Shown: positions 27,727 to 38,058 of the stretch, piece by piece
Position numbering within the stretch: the stretch's first letter is position 1
Layout of the letters: each line of letters starts with the position of its first letter
DNA from: Actinomycetes bacterium
GTDB taxonomy: Bacteria; Actinomycetota; Actinomycetes; JACCUZ01
DNA length: 64,000 bases
Reading direction: 5' to 3'
Assembly: GCA_038246545.1 (NCBI GenBank)
Contig: JBBRVW010000001.1
Location: forward strand, 11,473 to 75,472
The notes under the pieces: generated by a model
What the model saw: the letters and a program-made list of their open reading frames with translations, nothing else
Told to the model about the DNA's origin: nothing
Databases searched by the model: none
Made by a program: the position numbers and the translations under genes

Positions 27727-28293
27727 ATGTCAGGAACAGCACGGCTGGTCTACTCGGCGATCGCGTCGCTCGACGGCTTCGTCGCCGACGAGAGCGGCAC
27801 CTTCGACTGGGCCGCCCCGGACGAGGAGGTGCACGCCTTCGTCAACGACCTCCAGCGCGAGGTCGGCACCTACCTCTACGGGCGCCGCATGTACGAGGTG
27901 ATGTCGGCCTGGGAGCACCCGGACCAGATCGGCGACGAGCCGGTGGTGCAGGACTTCGGACGGGTCTGGCAGTCGGCGGACAAGGTCGTCTACTCGACCA
28001 CCCTCGACGCGGTGAGCACCGTGCGCACCCGCCTGGAGCGGTCGTTCGACCCGGCGGCAGTCCGCGCCCTCGTCGACGGCGCCGACCGCGACGTGTCGGT
28101 GGGCGGCCCGGGGCTCGCGGCCGCCGCGTTCCGCGCCGGCCTGGTGCAGGACTGCCACCTGCTCCTGGTGCCGGTGCTGGTCGGCGGGGGCACCCGCGCA
28201 TTGCCCGACGGCGTGCGGCTCGACCTCGAGCTGGTCGACGAGCACCGGTTCACCGGCGGCGTCGTGCACCTGCACCACCGCGTGATGGGCTGA
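27727..28293 (+). CDS. dihydrofolate-reductase-like (RibD C-terminal domain) family protein
   Basis: AGGAG, 4 nt, then ATG; LVYSAIASLDGFVADESG...GRRMYEVM...LLLVPVLVGGG. Confidence 0.8.
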   Translation: MSGTARLVYSAIASLDGFVADESGTFDWAAPDEEVHAFVNDLQREVGTYLYGRRMYEVMSAWEHPDQIGDEPVVQDFGRVWQSADKVVYSTTLDAVSTVRTRLERSFDPAAVRALVDGADRDVSVGGPGLAAAAFRAGLVQDCHLLLVPVLVGGGTRALPDGVRLDLELVDEHRFTGGVVHLHHRVMG

Positions 28294-28299
28294 CCCCGG

Positions 28300-29640
28300 T
28301 CAGCCGCGGACCACGTCGTACAACGCAGACAGCGGGCCCTCGACCTGGTCGGCGTCACCGACGACGGTGGCCACGAGACGCGACGGCGAGAGCAGCCGCT
28401 GGGAGACCTCGTGCACGTCGGCCGGTGTGACCGCGAGCAGCGCCTCGGGGTGGTCGCGCAGCCAGGTGACGTCGAGCCCGTCGGCCAGCAGCACCGCGAG
28501 GGTGCCGGCCAGGCCCGCCTGCGTCGCCGTCGACAGCGCGAGGGTGCCGACCAGGTACTGCGCCGTCGCTGCGACCTCCTCGGCGCTCGGCGGCAGGCTG
28601 ACCATCCGGCCCAGCTCGTAGCCGACCTCCACCATCGCCGGCGCAGTGACCTCGGTGGCCACGTCGGCGGCGGTCAGGAAGCACGAGGCGGCACCGCCGT
28701 GCCGGAGCGAGCTGCGAGGGCTGTACGTGTAGCCCTTGTCCTCACGGATGTTCATCGTGAGTCGCGACGAGAAGTAGCCGCCGAACAGCGCGTTGGCCAG
28801 CTCGGCCGCGGCGTAGGACGGGTCGGTGCGGGCGACCGCGTCGCCGCCGATGCGCAGGTTCGACTGGACCGCTCCGGGCCGGTCCACGAGCCGCAGCGGA
28901 CCTGGCACGGGGGCGGGCACCCTCGGCACCCTCGTCGGTACGCCCTCGCCGTCCCAGCCGCCCAGCGCGGCGGCGACCTGGTCCAGCGCACGCGCCGGAG
29001 TGAGGTCGCCGACGAGAACCAGCAGGCTCCCGGTCGGCCGCATCCGCCGCGTGTGCGCGGCGCGCAACGACGAGGCAGACACACCCAGCACGGCGTCGGC
29101 GCTGGGGTACTCGCTGCCGTAGACGTGGTCGCCGTACATCTGGTGCAGCCACGCCTCGTCCGCGATGACACCCGGCTGCGACATGGCCCGGCGGAGATGG
29201 TCGGCGAGCCGGTGCGACTCTCCCTCGACCTGCTGGGCGGGATAGCGGGCCGACGTGACGACTTCGGCGAGCAGCGCGAGGAGGTCCTTGAGACCGGTGC
29301 GCAGCGACTCGCCGGCGACCACCAGCCGGTCGGCGTCGCCGCTGACCCGCAGGGAGCCACCGATGCGCTGGAGCGCCTCGGCGAGCTCGCCCTGTGACCG
29401 CTCGGCGGTCCCGAGGAGCATCGTGCGCTCCAGCATCGCTGCCTTCGCGAGGTCGGCGCCCTTGCGGACGGCCGAGGGCACGCGCAGCCGGACCTGCACC
29501 ACCGGCACGCTGGGCCGGCGGACCGCGACGACGCGGAGGCCGGACGGCAGCACTCGTTCCGCGACCGTGGGCAGCTTGGCCTTGCGAGGCCGCGCGAGCG
29601 CGGGGACCGGTCGCGGCGTGAACGACTTGCGCCGGCTCAC
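28300..29640 (-). CDS. M16 family peptidase, second (non-catalytic-type) subunit
   Basis: Insulinase-like fold without HxxEH. GTG start overlaps the upstream stop. Confidence 0.8.
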   Translation of the reverse strand: MSRRKSFTPRPVPALARPRKAKLPTVAERVLPSGLRVVAVRRPSVPVVQVRLRVPSAVRKGADLAKAAMLERTMLLGTAERSQGELAEALQRIGGSLRVSGDADRLVVAGESLRTGLKDLLALLAEVVTSARYPAQQVEGESHRLADHLRRAMSQPGVIADEAWLHQMYGDHVYGSEYPSADAVLGVSASSLRAAHTRRMRPTGSLLVLVGDLTPARALDQVAAALGGWDGEGVPTRVPRVPAPVPGPLRLVDRPGAVQSNLRIGGDAVARTDPSYAAAELANALFGGYFSSRLTMNIREDKGYTYSPRSSLRHGGAASCFLTAADVATEVTAPAMVEVGYELGRMVSLPPSAEEVAATAQYLVGTLALSTATQAGLAGTLAVLLADGLDVTWLRDHPEALLAVTPADVHEVSQRLLSPSRLVATVVGDADQVEGPLSALYDVVRG

Positions 29641-30941
29641 TTCGCACCACCGGCGACGAGGTCGAGGCGGGCGCGGGCGCTTGGCCGGAGCGACGCGGCA
29701 GCCGCCGCGACCTGCTCGCCGGTGACCGCGCCGAGCAGTGCCGGCATCTCCCCCACGAGCTCGGCGCGTCCGCGCTGCTGCTCGTACGACGCCATGGCGA
29801 GCGTCCTGGACATCACGTGGTCGGAGCCCTGCAGCAGGGCCGACGAGAGCCGGGCCTGCACCCGCTCGAGCTCGTCGAACGGGACCCCGTCGGTGGCGAC
29901 CCGGTCGAGCTCCTCGTCGACGGCGTTGACCACTGCGTCGGTCGTCACCTCGTCGGAGTGGTGCGCCTCGATGAGGAGGGCGGTGGGGTTGCGCACGTCG
30001 AACGCGTCCTCCATGAACGACACGTGCGCGCCGACGTCGGTGGCGAGCCGGTCGTGCTGCACGAGCCGGCGCCGCAGCCGCGACGCGTCGCCGGTTGCCA
30101 GCACGGACGTGAGCACGACGTACGGGAGGTAGGCGTCGAGGTCGCCGGGGTCGGGCACCCGCCAGCCGAGCGCGACCGCGGGTGCCGGAGCTTGAGCGTC
30201 GACCTGCTCCTCGCGCCGCTCGGACGTGGGGGCGGGCTCGTCGAAGTCGGGTCGCTCGGGCACGGTCCGGCGCGGCACGTCGCCGAAGTGCGTGCGCACC
30301 ATCTCCAGCGCCTTGTCGGGGTCGAAGTCGCCGCCGAGGCAGAGCACCGCGTTGCCTGGCGCGTAGTAGGTGTCGAAGAAGTCACGGGCGTCGTCGACGG
30401 TCGCGCCCTCGAGATCCTCGAAGCCGCCGTAGCCGTTGTGGGCGTTGGGGAACGTCTCGAACAGCACCGGAGGCAGCGTCAGCCACGGGAACCCGCCGTA
30501 CGGCTGGTTCATGACGTTGACACGGATCTCCTCCTTGACCACCGCGAGCTGGTTGGCGAGGTTCTCCTCGGTGACCGCGGGTGAACGCATCCGGTCGGCC
30601 TCGAGGAACAGCGCCCGCTCGAGCGCGTTCGACGGCAGCGCCTCGAAGTAGTTCGTGTAGTCGAGCCGGGTCGAGCCGTTGAGGGTGCCACCGGAGGACT
30701 GCACGTACTTGACGTGGTCCATCTTCTGCAGCGACGCCGACCCCTGGAACATCAGGTGCTCGAAGAGGTGCGCAAAGCCGGTACGTCCCGCCGGCTCCGA
30801 CCTGATGCCGACGTCGTAGTACACGGCCACCGCCACGACCGGGGCCGAGCGGTCGGGGGCCAGGACGACGCGTAGTCCGTTGCGGAGCTTGGTGCGCTCC
30901 ACGGCGTACGTCGTCGCGGGAGCAGCGGGGGTCGGAGCCAT
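29637..30941 (-). CDS. M16 family zinc peptidase (HxxEH catalytic subunit)
   Basis: GFAHLFEHLMFQG (inverted zincin HxxEH) and ...NAYT. Start chosen at MAPTPAAPATTYAVERTKL (M121 of the track ORF). Confidence 0.8.
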   Translation of the reverse strand: MAPTPAAPATTYAVERTKLRNGLRVVLAPDRSAPVVAVAVYYDVGIRSEPAGRTGFAHLFEHLMFQGSASLQKMDHVKYVQSSGGTLNGSTRLDYTNYFEALPSNALERALFLEADRMRSPAVTEENLANQLAVVKEEIRVNVMNQPYGGFPWLTLPPVLFETFPNAHNGYGGFEDLEGATVDDARDFFDTYYAPGNAVLCLGGDFDPDKALEMVRTHFGDVPRRTVPERPDFDEPAPTSERREEQVDAQAPAPAVALGWRVPDPGDLDAYLPYVVLTSVLATGDASRLRRRLVQHDRLATDVGAHVSFMEDAFDVRNPTALLIEAHHSDEVTTDAVVNAVDEELDRVATDGVPFDELERVQARLSSALLQGSDHVMSRTLAMASYEQQRGRAELVGEMPALLGAVTGEQVAAAAASLRPSARARLDLVAGGAK

Positions 30942-31045
30942 GCGGGCGACCGTACCCCGCCGCTGCGGCTCCGCACCGGGCGCCCGGTCCGCGCCGCGCG
31001 GTCGTAGTGTCGGGCGTCGATACACCGCGGACGAGGGGAGCACAG

Positions 31046-33004
31046 GTGCTGCACGACTACCGGACCGTGACCGCCACGGGGGTCGACCGCGACCTCGCCG
31101 ACGGCCTCGCCGACCTCGACGGCCGGGTCGGCTCCCTGACCGCGTCGCCGCCGGGCTCCCTGCTCGAGGTCGTGAGGATGCTCGACGACATCTGCGGCAC
31201 GGCCGAGGACCTGGTGGGGCGGGCGGCGTTCGTCGGCTGGGTGCACCCGGACGCGGCGGTGCGAGACGCCGGGCAGAAGGCGTATGCCGAGCTGTCCGCA
31301 TGGCGCGCGGGCCTGCCGCTGCGCGACGACGTCGCGGCCGTCGTCCTCGGCCGCGACGCGGAGGCGGCGCCGGGCGACCCGGAGGACGCGTGGCGGGTGG
31401 CGCGCTGGACGCGGGACCTGCGCCGCAGCGGGCACGCGCTGCCCGCGGCCGACCGCGCCCGGGCGCGCGAGCTGCACGACCGGCTGTCGGCCGTCGAGGC
31501 GGTGTTCGACGTCAACATCGCCGACGACACCGAGGGGCTCGAGCTGACCCGGGAGGAGCTCGACGGCCTGCCGGACACCTTCGTCGACGGCCTGCGCGCC
31601 GGGTCGGCACCGGGCACGTATGCCGTGTCGCTCGACTACCCGGAGCTGCGGCCGTTCCTCGCCCAGGGCCGGCGCCGGGACCTGCGGGAGCGGCTGCTCC
31701 GCCGGTCGCGCGACCGCGGTGCCGCGGCCAACCGGCCGCTGGTGGCGGAGGGTCTTGCCGTACGCCGCGAGCTGGCCGCCCTGCTCGGCTACCCGTCGTG
31801 GGCGCACTACGCCACCGAGGTGCGGATGGCCGGCAGCCCCGAACGGGCCCGAGGGCTGCTCGACCAGCTCACCGCCGCGCTGGACGGCCCGGTCGCCGCG
31901 GAGAACACCGAGCTTCGCGACCTGCTCATCGAGGACGGTGCGCCCACCGACGTACGCCTCGAGCAGTGGGACCTCGACTACACGCGCCGGATCCGGTCGG
32001 AGCGCCGTTTCGGGATGGACCCGGCGGTGCTGGCGGAGTACTTCCCCGTCGACGCGGTGCTGGCGACGATGTTCGAGCTGATCGGGCGCCTGCTGGGACT
32101 GACGTTCCCCGAGGCGCCGATCGAGGACGCCGCCACCTCGTGGCACGAGGACGTCACGCTGCGCGAGGTCCGGGACGCGGACGGGACCCTGCTCGGCCGG
32201 GTGTACCTGGACCTGTTCCCGCGCGAGGGGAAGTTCAGCCACGCCGCGGCGTTCGACCTGGTGCGGCCGCGACGCGCGCCGGACGGCAGCCGGAGCCCCG
32301 GGCTCACCGCGTTGGTCACGAACTTCTCGCCGCCGCGCGACGGGCGGCCGGCCCTGCTGCGCCACGACGAGATGGAGACGCTGTTCCACGAGCTGGGCCA
32401 CGTCATCCACCAGAACGTCACCACGGGCCGCTACTCCGCGTTCGCCGGGACCACGACGGAGGGCGACTTCGTCGAGGCACCGAGCCAGCTGATGGAGCGG
32501 TGGGCGTGGGAACCGTCGGTGATCACCGGCATCGCGCGGCACTGGAGCACCGGCGCGCCGCTGGACCCCGACGTCGTCGAGCGGCTCACCCACGCCCGGT
32601 TCGCCGGAGCGCTCGGCCGCACCGCCCGCGGCCTTTCCCTGAGTCGGCTCGACCTCGCCCTGCACGAGGCGACCGAGGATGTCGACCTCGACGAGGCCAC
32701 CCGCACCGCGGAGGCCGTCCTGCAGCTGCCGTACCTCGACGACACCTTCTTCCTCGGGTCCTTCGGCCACCTCTTCGGCGGCTACGACGCCGGCTACTAC
32801 GGCTACCTGTGGGCCGAGGTGATCGGCGACGACATGGTCGGACGGTTCGAGCGGGAAGGGATCCTCGACCCCGAGGTCGGCCGGGCGTTTCGCACGTCGG
32901 TGCTGGAGCCGGGCGGCTCACGCGACGGCGACGACCTGGTCGAGGCGTTCCTCGGCCGGCCCGCCGACCCGCAGTCGTACCTCCGCGCCCGCGGCTGGGC
33001 GTAG
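31046..33004 (+). CDS. M3 family oligopeptidase (peptidyl-dipeptidase Dcp-like)
   Basis: HELGHVIH (HExxH) plus a downstream E; typical M3 length. Start chosen at the GTG after GAGGGGAG. Confidence 0.85.
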   Translation: MLHDYRTVTATGVDRDLADGLADLDGRVGSLTASPPGSLLEVVRMLDDICGTAEDLVGRAAFVGWVHPDAAVRDAGQKAYAELSAWRAGLPLRDDVAAVVLGRDAEAAPGDPEDAWRVARWTRDLRRSGHALPAADRARARELHDRLSAVEAVFDVNIADDTEGLELTREELDGLPDTFVDGLRAGSAPGTYAVSLDYPELRPFLAQGRRRDLRERLLRRSRDRGAAANRPLVAEGLAVRRELAALLGYPSWAHYATEVRMAGSPERARGLLDQLTAALDGPVAAENTELRDLLIEDGAPTDVRLEQWDLDYTRRIRSERRFGMDPAVLAEYFPVDAVLATMFELIGRLLGLTFPEAPIEDAATSWHEDVTLREVRDADGTLLGRVYLDLFPREGKFSHAAAFDLVRPRRAPDGSRSPGLTALVTNFSPPRDGRPALLRHDEMETLFHELGHVIHQNVTTGRYSAFAGTTTEGDFVEAPSQLMERWAWEPSVITGIARHWSTGAPLDPDVVERLTHARFAGALGRTARGLSLSRLDLALHEATEDVDLDEATRTAEAVLQLPYLDDTFFLGSFGHLFGGYDAGYYGYLWAEVIGDDMVGRFEREGILDPEVGRAFRTSVLEPGGSRDGDDLVEAFLGRPADPQSYLRARGWA

Positions 33005-33057
33005 CGCCCCGTCCGGGCCGCCCCCCGTGGCCGGGCTCGAGGGGGTGGGGGTGAGGG

Positions 33058-33393
33058 TCAGGTGCCGTCCCAGCGGGCCCGGCGCAGGTCGACCCGGGTG
33101 CCGTCGGGACGCAGCGGGGTCCCCTCGGCGCGGAGGTGGGCCAGGCACTCGGCCTCCTTGCCCGGCGGGGGCGACCCGTCGGCGTGCAGGACCCGCCACC
33201 ACGGCACGTCCCCGGCGCTGCGCGACATCGCCCGGCCGACCTGGCGCGGGCCGCCGGCTGCGAGGTACTCCGCCACGTCGCCGTAGGTCATGACCCGTCC
33301 CGGCGGGATGAGGGACACCACCTCGAGCACCCGCTCGTCGTACGGCAGGTCGGCGGCCACCGGTGACCCGTCGTCCGGGCCGCGGCGGGTCAC
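33058..33393 (-). CDS. MGMT-family protein (methylated-DNA-protein-cysteine methyltransferase DNA-binding domain-like)
   Basis: IPPGRVMTYGDVAEYLAAGGPRQVGRAM. No PCHR active-site cysteine is obvious, so it may be the non-catalytic type. Confidence 0.7.
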   Translation of the reverse strand: MTRRGPDDGSPVAADLPYDERVLEVVSLIPPGRVMTYGDVAEYLAAGGPRQVGRAMSRSAGDVPWWRVLHADGSPPPGKEAECLAHLRAEGTPLRPDGTRVDLRRARWDGT

Positions 33394-33397
33394 CCGC

Positions 33398-34201
33398 TCA
33401 CCCGCTCAGCCCGCGGACCAGCTCGACGAGATCCGCTGCCACCCGCTCCGGCTGCTCCCACAGCACGAGGTGGCCGGTGCCCCCGTACACGCGCAGCTCC
33501 GCCCCGGGGATGGCAGCCACCATCCTCTCCTCGTCCGCCCGCGAGAGCACCTCGTCCCGATCGCCCCAGAGCACGACGGTCGGCGCCGCGACCCTCCCCG
33601 TCCCGCTCGGGGGCTCGGCGTCGAACAGCTCCGCCACGACGGCCCGCCAGACCCCCGCAGGCACCCGGGCTGCGTCCTCCACCATCTGCTGGACGAAGTC
33701 CGGCGGCAGGCTGCGCCCCATCGCGAACGACTCGACCGACGCGCGGGCGAACGACCGCGGGACGGGGTCGGTCAGGGCGTCGGCGCCGCGGACCCACGCC
33801 GGCGCCGGGGCTCCCCGCAGGCTGCGCGGTGACCCGACGAGAAGCAGGGCGGACACCCGGTCGGGCCGGTCGACCGCGACCTGCTGCGCGACCAGGCCGC
33901 CGCTGGACGTGCCCGCGATCACGGCGCGGTCGATGCCGACAGCGTCCAGGACACCGACCACGTCGGCGGCGGCCTCGCCGAGCCGGTAGCCCTGCGCCGG
34001 CTTGTCCGCGTCGCCGTGCCCGCGCTGCGTCAGAGCAAGAGCACGCAGGTCGGCCGGGAGGCAGGTGAGCAACCGGCTCCAGGACCGCCAGGACTCGCCG
34101 ACCGCGTGCAGCAGCACGACCGGCACGCCGGACGGGCTGCCCGACTCGACGTACGGCAACGTCGTTCCGTCCAGGAGCCGGACGGTCGAGGTCTTCATCC
34201 T
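33398..34201 (-). CDS. alpha/beta-hydrolase fold protein
   Basis: GGAGG then ATG; VVLLHAVGESW and IAGTSSGG (GxSxG). The upstream part of the track ORF is rejected. Confidence 0.75.
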   Translation of the reverse strand, partial: RMKTSTVRLLDGTTLPYVESGSPSGVPVVLLHAVGESWRSWSRLLTCLPADLRALALTQRGHGDADKPAQGYRLGEAAADVVGVLDAVGIDRAVIAGTSSGGLVAQQVAVDRPDRVSALLLVGSPRSLRGAPAPAWVRGADALTDPVPRSFARASVESFAMGRSLPPDFVQQMVEDAARVPAGVWRAVVAELFDAEPPSGTGRVAAPTVVLWGDRDEVLSRADEERMVAAIPGAELRVYGGTGHLVLWEQPERVAADLVELVRGLSG

Positions 34202-34266
34202 CCGATGATGCTCGCCGGCGTCCTCGGAGGTGCGGCCGGCCGGCTGCCGCAAGGCCGACCGTCGCG

Positions 34267-34611
34267 TCAGCCGGGGCCGAAACGCTCGCGATGGTCGGCC
34301 GGCACCAGGCCGAGGTACGCCGGGTTCTCGGCGAGCCACGACCGCACGAACGGGCAGTACGGCAGCACCGACCCGCCACGCGACCGGATCTCGTCGAGCG
34401 CGGCCTCGACCAGCCGGCCGGCCAGCCCGCGGTGCGCGAACGGCGGGCCGACCTCGGTGTGGTCGAGGGCGTACGCGCCGGCGCCGAGCTCGCGGTAGGC
34501 GAGGAAGCCGGCGAGGTCGTCGCCCAGCCAGATCTCGAACCGGTGCGCCGCCGGGTTGTCCCGGGCGACGACGTCGTCGTCGTCCTGCTGCTCGAGCGGG
34601 CCGGCTGCCAT
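34267..34611 (-). CDS. GNAT-family acetyltransferase-like small protein (YjdJ-type)
   Basis: HRFEIWLGDDLAGFLAYRE...LDHTEVGPPFAHRGLAGRLVEAALDE...LPYCPFV. Confidence 0.75.
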   Translation of the reverse strand: MAAGPLEQQDDDDVVARDNPAAHRFEIWLGDDLAGFLAYRELGAGAYALDHTEVGPPFAHRGLAGRLVEAALDEIRSRGGSVLPYCPFVRSWLAENPAYLGLVPADHRERFGPG

Positions 34612-35807
34612 CAGTACGTGGGCAGGCTGGGGTCGATCTGGTTGGCCCAGGCCACGACCCCGCCACCGACGTGCACCGCGTCGGAGAAGCCCGCGCCCTT
34701 CAGGACCGCCAGCGCCTCCGCCGAGCGGGCACCGCTCTTGCAGTGCAGCACCACCGGCTTGTCCTGCGGCAGCTCGGAGAGGGCCTCGCCGCTGAGGATG
34801 CGGTCCTTGGGGATCAGTGTCGCGCCGGGGATCGACACGATCTCGAACTCGTTCGGCTCACGGACGTCGACGAGGTAGAAGTCCTTGCCGGCGTCCATCA
34901 TCGCCTTGAGGTCGCGCACCGAGATGGTCGAGCCCTTGGCGGCCTCGGCGGCCTCCTCGCTGATGGTTCCGCAGAACGCCTCGTAGTCGATCAGACCGGT
35001 CTCACGGGTGATCTCCGGGTTCTTCCCGCAGACCACGCACTCGGGGTCCTTGCGGACCTTCACCGTGCGGTAGCTCATCTCGAGGGCGTCGTAGACCATC
35101 AGCCGGCCGACCAGCGGGTCGCCGATGCCGGCGATCAGCTTGATCGCCTCGTTGACCTGGATCGAGCCGATCGAGGCGCACAGCACGCCGAGCACGCCGC
35201 CCTCGGCGCACGACGGCACCATGCCGGGCGGCGGAGGCTCCGGGTAGAGGCAGCGGTAGCAGGGCCCGTGCTCAGCCCAGAAGACCGAGGCCTGACCGTC
35301 GAAGCGGTAGATCGAGCCCCAGACGTAGGGCTTCCCGAGCAGCACCGCCGCGTCGTTGACGAGGTAGCGGGTGGCGAAGTTGTCCGTGCCGTCGACGATG
35401 AGGTCGTAGGGCCGGAACACGTCGAAGACGTTGGTCGAGTCGAGCCGCTCCGCGTGCAGCACCACCTCGACGAACGGGTTGGCCTCCTCGATCGACTCCT
35501 TGGCCGACAGGGCCTTGGACTTCCCGATGTCGGACTGCCCGTGGATGATCTGACGCTGGAGGTTCGACTCGTCGACGACGTCGAAGTCCACGATGCCGAG
35601 GGTGCCCACGCCGGCCGCGGCGAGGTAGAGCAGGGCGGGCGAGCCGAGGCCGCCGGCACCGACGACGAGCACCCTGGCGTTCTTCAGTCGCTTCTGGCCG
35701 GTCATGCCGACGTCGGGAATGATCAGGTGGCGGGAGTAGCGGCGCACCTCGTCGATCGTGAGCTCGTCAGCGGGCTCGACGAGGGCAGGCAGCGTCTCGG
35801 CTGGCAC
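34611..35807 (-). CDS. moeZ: MoeZ/MoeB-type sulfur-carrier adenylyltransferase with C-terminal rhodanese domain
   Basis: VLVVGAGGLGSP, NLQRQ and CYRCLYPEPP (E1 zinc site), then a rhodanese domain with active-site Cys (VLHCKSGARS). Confidence 0.9.
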   Translation of the reverse strand: MPAETLPALVEPADELTIDEVRRYSRHLIIPDVGMTGQKRLKNARVLVVGAGGLGSPALLYLAAAGVGTLGIVDFDVVDESNLQRQIIHGQSDIGKSKALSAKESIEEANPFVEVVLHAERLDSTNVFDVFRPYDLIVDGTDNFATRYLVNDAAVLLGKPYVWGSIYRFDGQASVFWAEHGPCYRCLYPEPPPPGMVPSCAEGGVLGVLCASIGSIQVNEAIKLIAGIGDPLVGRLMVYDALEMSYRTVKVRKDPECVVCGKNPEITRETGLIDYEAFCGTISEEAAEAAKGSTISVRDLKAMMDAGKDFYLVDVREPNEFEIVSIPGATLIPKDRILSGEALSELPQDKPVVLHCKSGARSAEALAVLKGAGFSDAVHVGGGVVAWANQIDPSLPTY

Positions 35808-35889
35808 GGTTCAGGTCCTCCCGGGGTGGCTCGTCTGCAGACCACCAGTCAACCCCGTCCGAGCCCGCCACCATTCCCCGCCTGCCAGC

Positions 35890-36591
35890 ATGTGGGACAT
35901 GCGCCCGGTGGTCGGCATCACGTCCTACGTCGAGCAGGCGCGCTGGGGCGTCTGGGACGTCCCGGCGTCGGTCCTGCCGTTCAGCTACGTCGCGATGTTC
36001 GAGGCGGCGGGCGGCACCGCGGTGGTGCTGCCCCCCGGCGCCGCCAGCGACGCCGAGGTCCTGGAGCGGCTCGACGCGGTGGTCTTCGCCGGCGGTGCCG
36101 ACCTCGACCCCGGCCTTTACGGCGAGGCACCGCACCCCGAGACCACCGGACTTCGCCCCGAGCGCGACGCCGCCGAGGTGCCGCTGATGAGGGCCGCGCT
36201 GGACCGCGACATCCCGCTGCTCGGCATCTGCCGCGGCATGCAAGTGCTGTCGGTGGTGCGTGGTGGCTCGCTGGTGCAGCACCTTCCCGATGCCGTCGGC
36301 CACGAGCGGCACAGGCCGGCGCCCGGCACCTACGGCCTGCACGACGTGCGGCTGCACCCCGGCTCGCTCGCGCACCGGCTGCTCGGCCCGCACGTCAGCG
36401 TGCCGTCGTACCACCACCAGGGTCTGGCCTCGGCGGGTGACCTCGACGTGACCGGCTGGGCGGACGACGACACCCCCGAGGTGGTCGAGGACCCGGGCAA
36501 GCGCTTCGCGCTCGGCGTGCTGTGGCACCCCGAGGCCAGCGAGGACCTCCGGCTGTTCGAGGCCCTCGTCGCCGCGGCCGCCGGCTCCTGA
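35890..36591 (+). CDS. class-I glutamine-amidotransferase-like gamma-glutamyl hydrolase (PuuD-like)
   Basis: PVVGITSY, VVFAGGADLDPGLYG, LLGICRGMQVL, WHPE. Confidence 0.75.
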   Translation: MWDMRPVVGITSYVEQARWGVWDVPASVLPFSYVAMFEAAGGTAVVLPPGAASDAEVLERLDAVVFAGGADLDPGLYGEAPHPETTGLRPERDAAEVPLMRAALDRDIPLLGICRGMQVLSVVRGGSLVQHLPDAVGHERHRPAPGTYGLHDVRLHPGSLAHRLLGPHVSVPSYHHQGLASAGDLDVTGWADDDTPEVVEDPGKRFALGVLWHPEASEDLRLFEALVAAAAGS

Positions 36592-36705
36592 CCCGGGGAC
36601 ACCGCGCCGCGCACCGCCCTGCCGTCCCACCGGGCGCTCGCACGAAGGAACCGAGCGGCGACGTGGGTCCGGGCGCACGACCGGGACGCCTCTAGGGTCG
36701 GGCGC

Positions 36706-37638
36706 ATGGCGACCACAGCAGCGACGACCGAGGGCCACGCCGACTTCGAGGGCGACCGGACCTGGTACCGGGTGCACGGCGACCTGCCGGTCGACGCCGA
36801 CGGGCCGGCGCCACTGGTGGTGCTGCACGGCGGTCCCGGCGGCACCCACGACTACCTCACACCGCTGGCGGACCTCGCCGGCCGGCAGCACGGCGGTCGC
36901 GCGGTGGTGCTCTACGACCAGCTCGGCAACGGTCGCTCGACCCACCACCGCGACCGCGGCGCCGACTTCTGGACCGTCGACCTGTTCGTCCGCGAGCTGG
37001 CGAACCTCGTCGACCACCTGGTGATCGGCGACCGCTACCACGTGCTCGGCCAGTCCTGGGGCGGTTTCCTGGCCCAGGAGCACGCCCTCACGACACCCGC
37101 AGGGTTGCGGTCGCTCGTGCTGTCGAACACCGCCGCGTCCTTCCCGGACTTCGTGTCCGAGGCGAACAGGCTTCGCCGAGACCTGCCGCCCGGTGTCGAC
37201 GACACGCTGCGCCGCCATGAGGAGGCCGGCACCACCGACGACCCGGAGTACGCCGACGCCTGCCAGGTCTTCTACGCGCGGCACCTCTGCCGGCTCGACC
37301 CGTGGCCGCAGGGCGTCGTCGACGCCCTCGCCAAGATCGACGAGGACCCGACCGTCTACCACACGATGAACGGCCCGTCGGAGTTCCACGTGATCGGCTC
37401 GATCAAGGACTGGTCGTCGACCGACCGGCTCGACGGCATCGGTGTCCCGACCTACGTCGTGAGCGGCGAGCACGACGAGGCGACCCCGAGCCTGCAGGTG
37501 CCGCTGGTCGAGCGGATCCGGGCGGCCGGCAACCAGGTGGAGCAGACCGTGCTGCCCGGCTGCTCGCACCTGCCGATGTGGGAGCAGCCCGACACCTACC
37601 ACGGGCTGGTCGCCGACTGGCTCGCCCGCCACGACTGA
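36706..37638 (+). CDS. proline iminopeptidase-family alpha/beta hydrolase
   Basis: LVVLHGGPGG, GQSWGG, CSHLPMWEQP. Confidence 0.8.
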   Translation: MATTAATTEGHADFEGDRTWYRVHGDLPVDADGPAPLVVLHGGPGGTHDYLTPLADLAGRQHGGRAVVLYDQLGNGRSTHHRDRGADFWTVDLFVRELANLVDHLVIGDRYHVLGQSWGGFLAQEHALTTPAGLRSLVLSNTAASFPDFVSEANRLRRDLPPGVDDTLRRHEEAGTTDDPEYADACQVFYARHLCRLDPWPQGVVDALAKIDEDPTVYHTMNGPSEFHVIGSIKDWSSTDRLDGIGVPTYVVSGEHDEATPSLQVPLVERIRAAGNQVEQTVLPGCSHLPMWEQPDTYHGLVADWLARHD

Positions 37639-37650
37639 GGAGGGCACGCC

Positions 37651-38058
37651 GTGAACGAGAGCCCGTTCGACGCCGACCTGGCGGTCACCCACATCCTGGT
37701 CGTCAGCGACGCCGCCCGGTCCCGGGACTTCTGGGTCGACGTGCTGGGCGCCGAGCTCTACCGCGAGTACGGCGGCACCAGCGTCGTCCTCCGGCTCGCC
37801 GGCAGCTGGCTGCTGCTGGTGACCGGCGGCGGTCCCACCGCCGACAAACCCGACGTCACGTTCGCCGCGCCGCCCGACATCACCAGGGTCAGCCATGCGA
37901 TGACCCTGCGGGTGGCCGACTGCCGGGCGTCCTATGCGGCCCTGCTGGCCCGCGGCGCATCCTTCCTCACCCCGCCGGTCGACCACGGCGTCGAGATCCG
38001 CTGCTTCCTCCGCGACCCGGACGGGCACCTGGTCGAGCTGTCCCAGGCGGTGGGGTGA
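37651..38058 (+). CDS. VOC/glyoxalase-family protein
   Basis: GAGGAGGG then GTG; THILVVSDAARSRDFW...HLVELSQ. Confidence 0.75.
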   Translation: MNESPFDADLAVTHILVVSDAARSRDFWVDVLGAELYREYGGTSVVLRLAGSWLLLVTGGGPTADKPDVTFAAPPDITRVSHAMTLRVADCRASYAALLARGASFLTPPVDHGVEIRCFLRDPDGHLVELSQAVG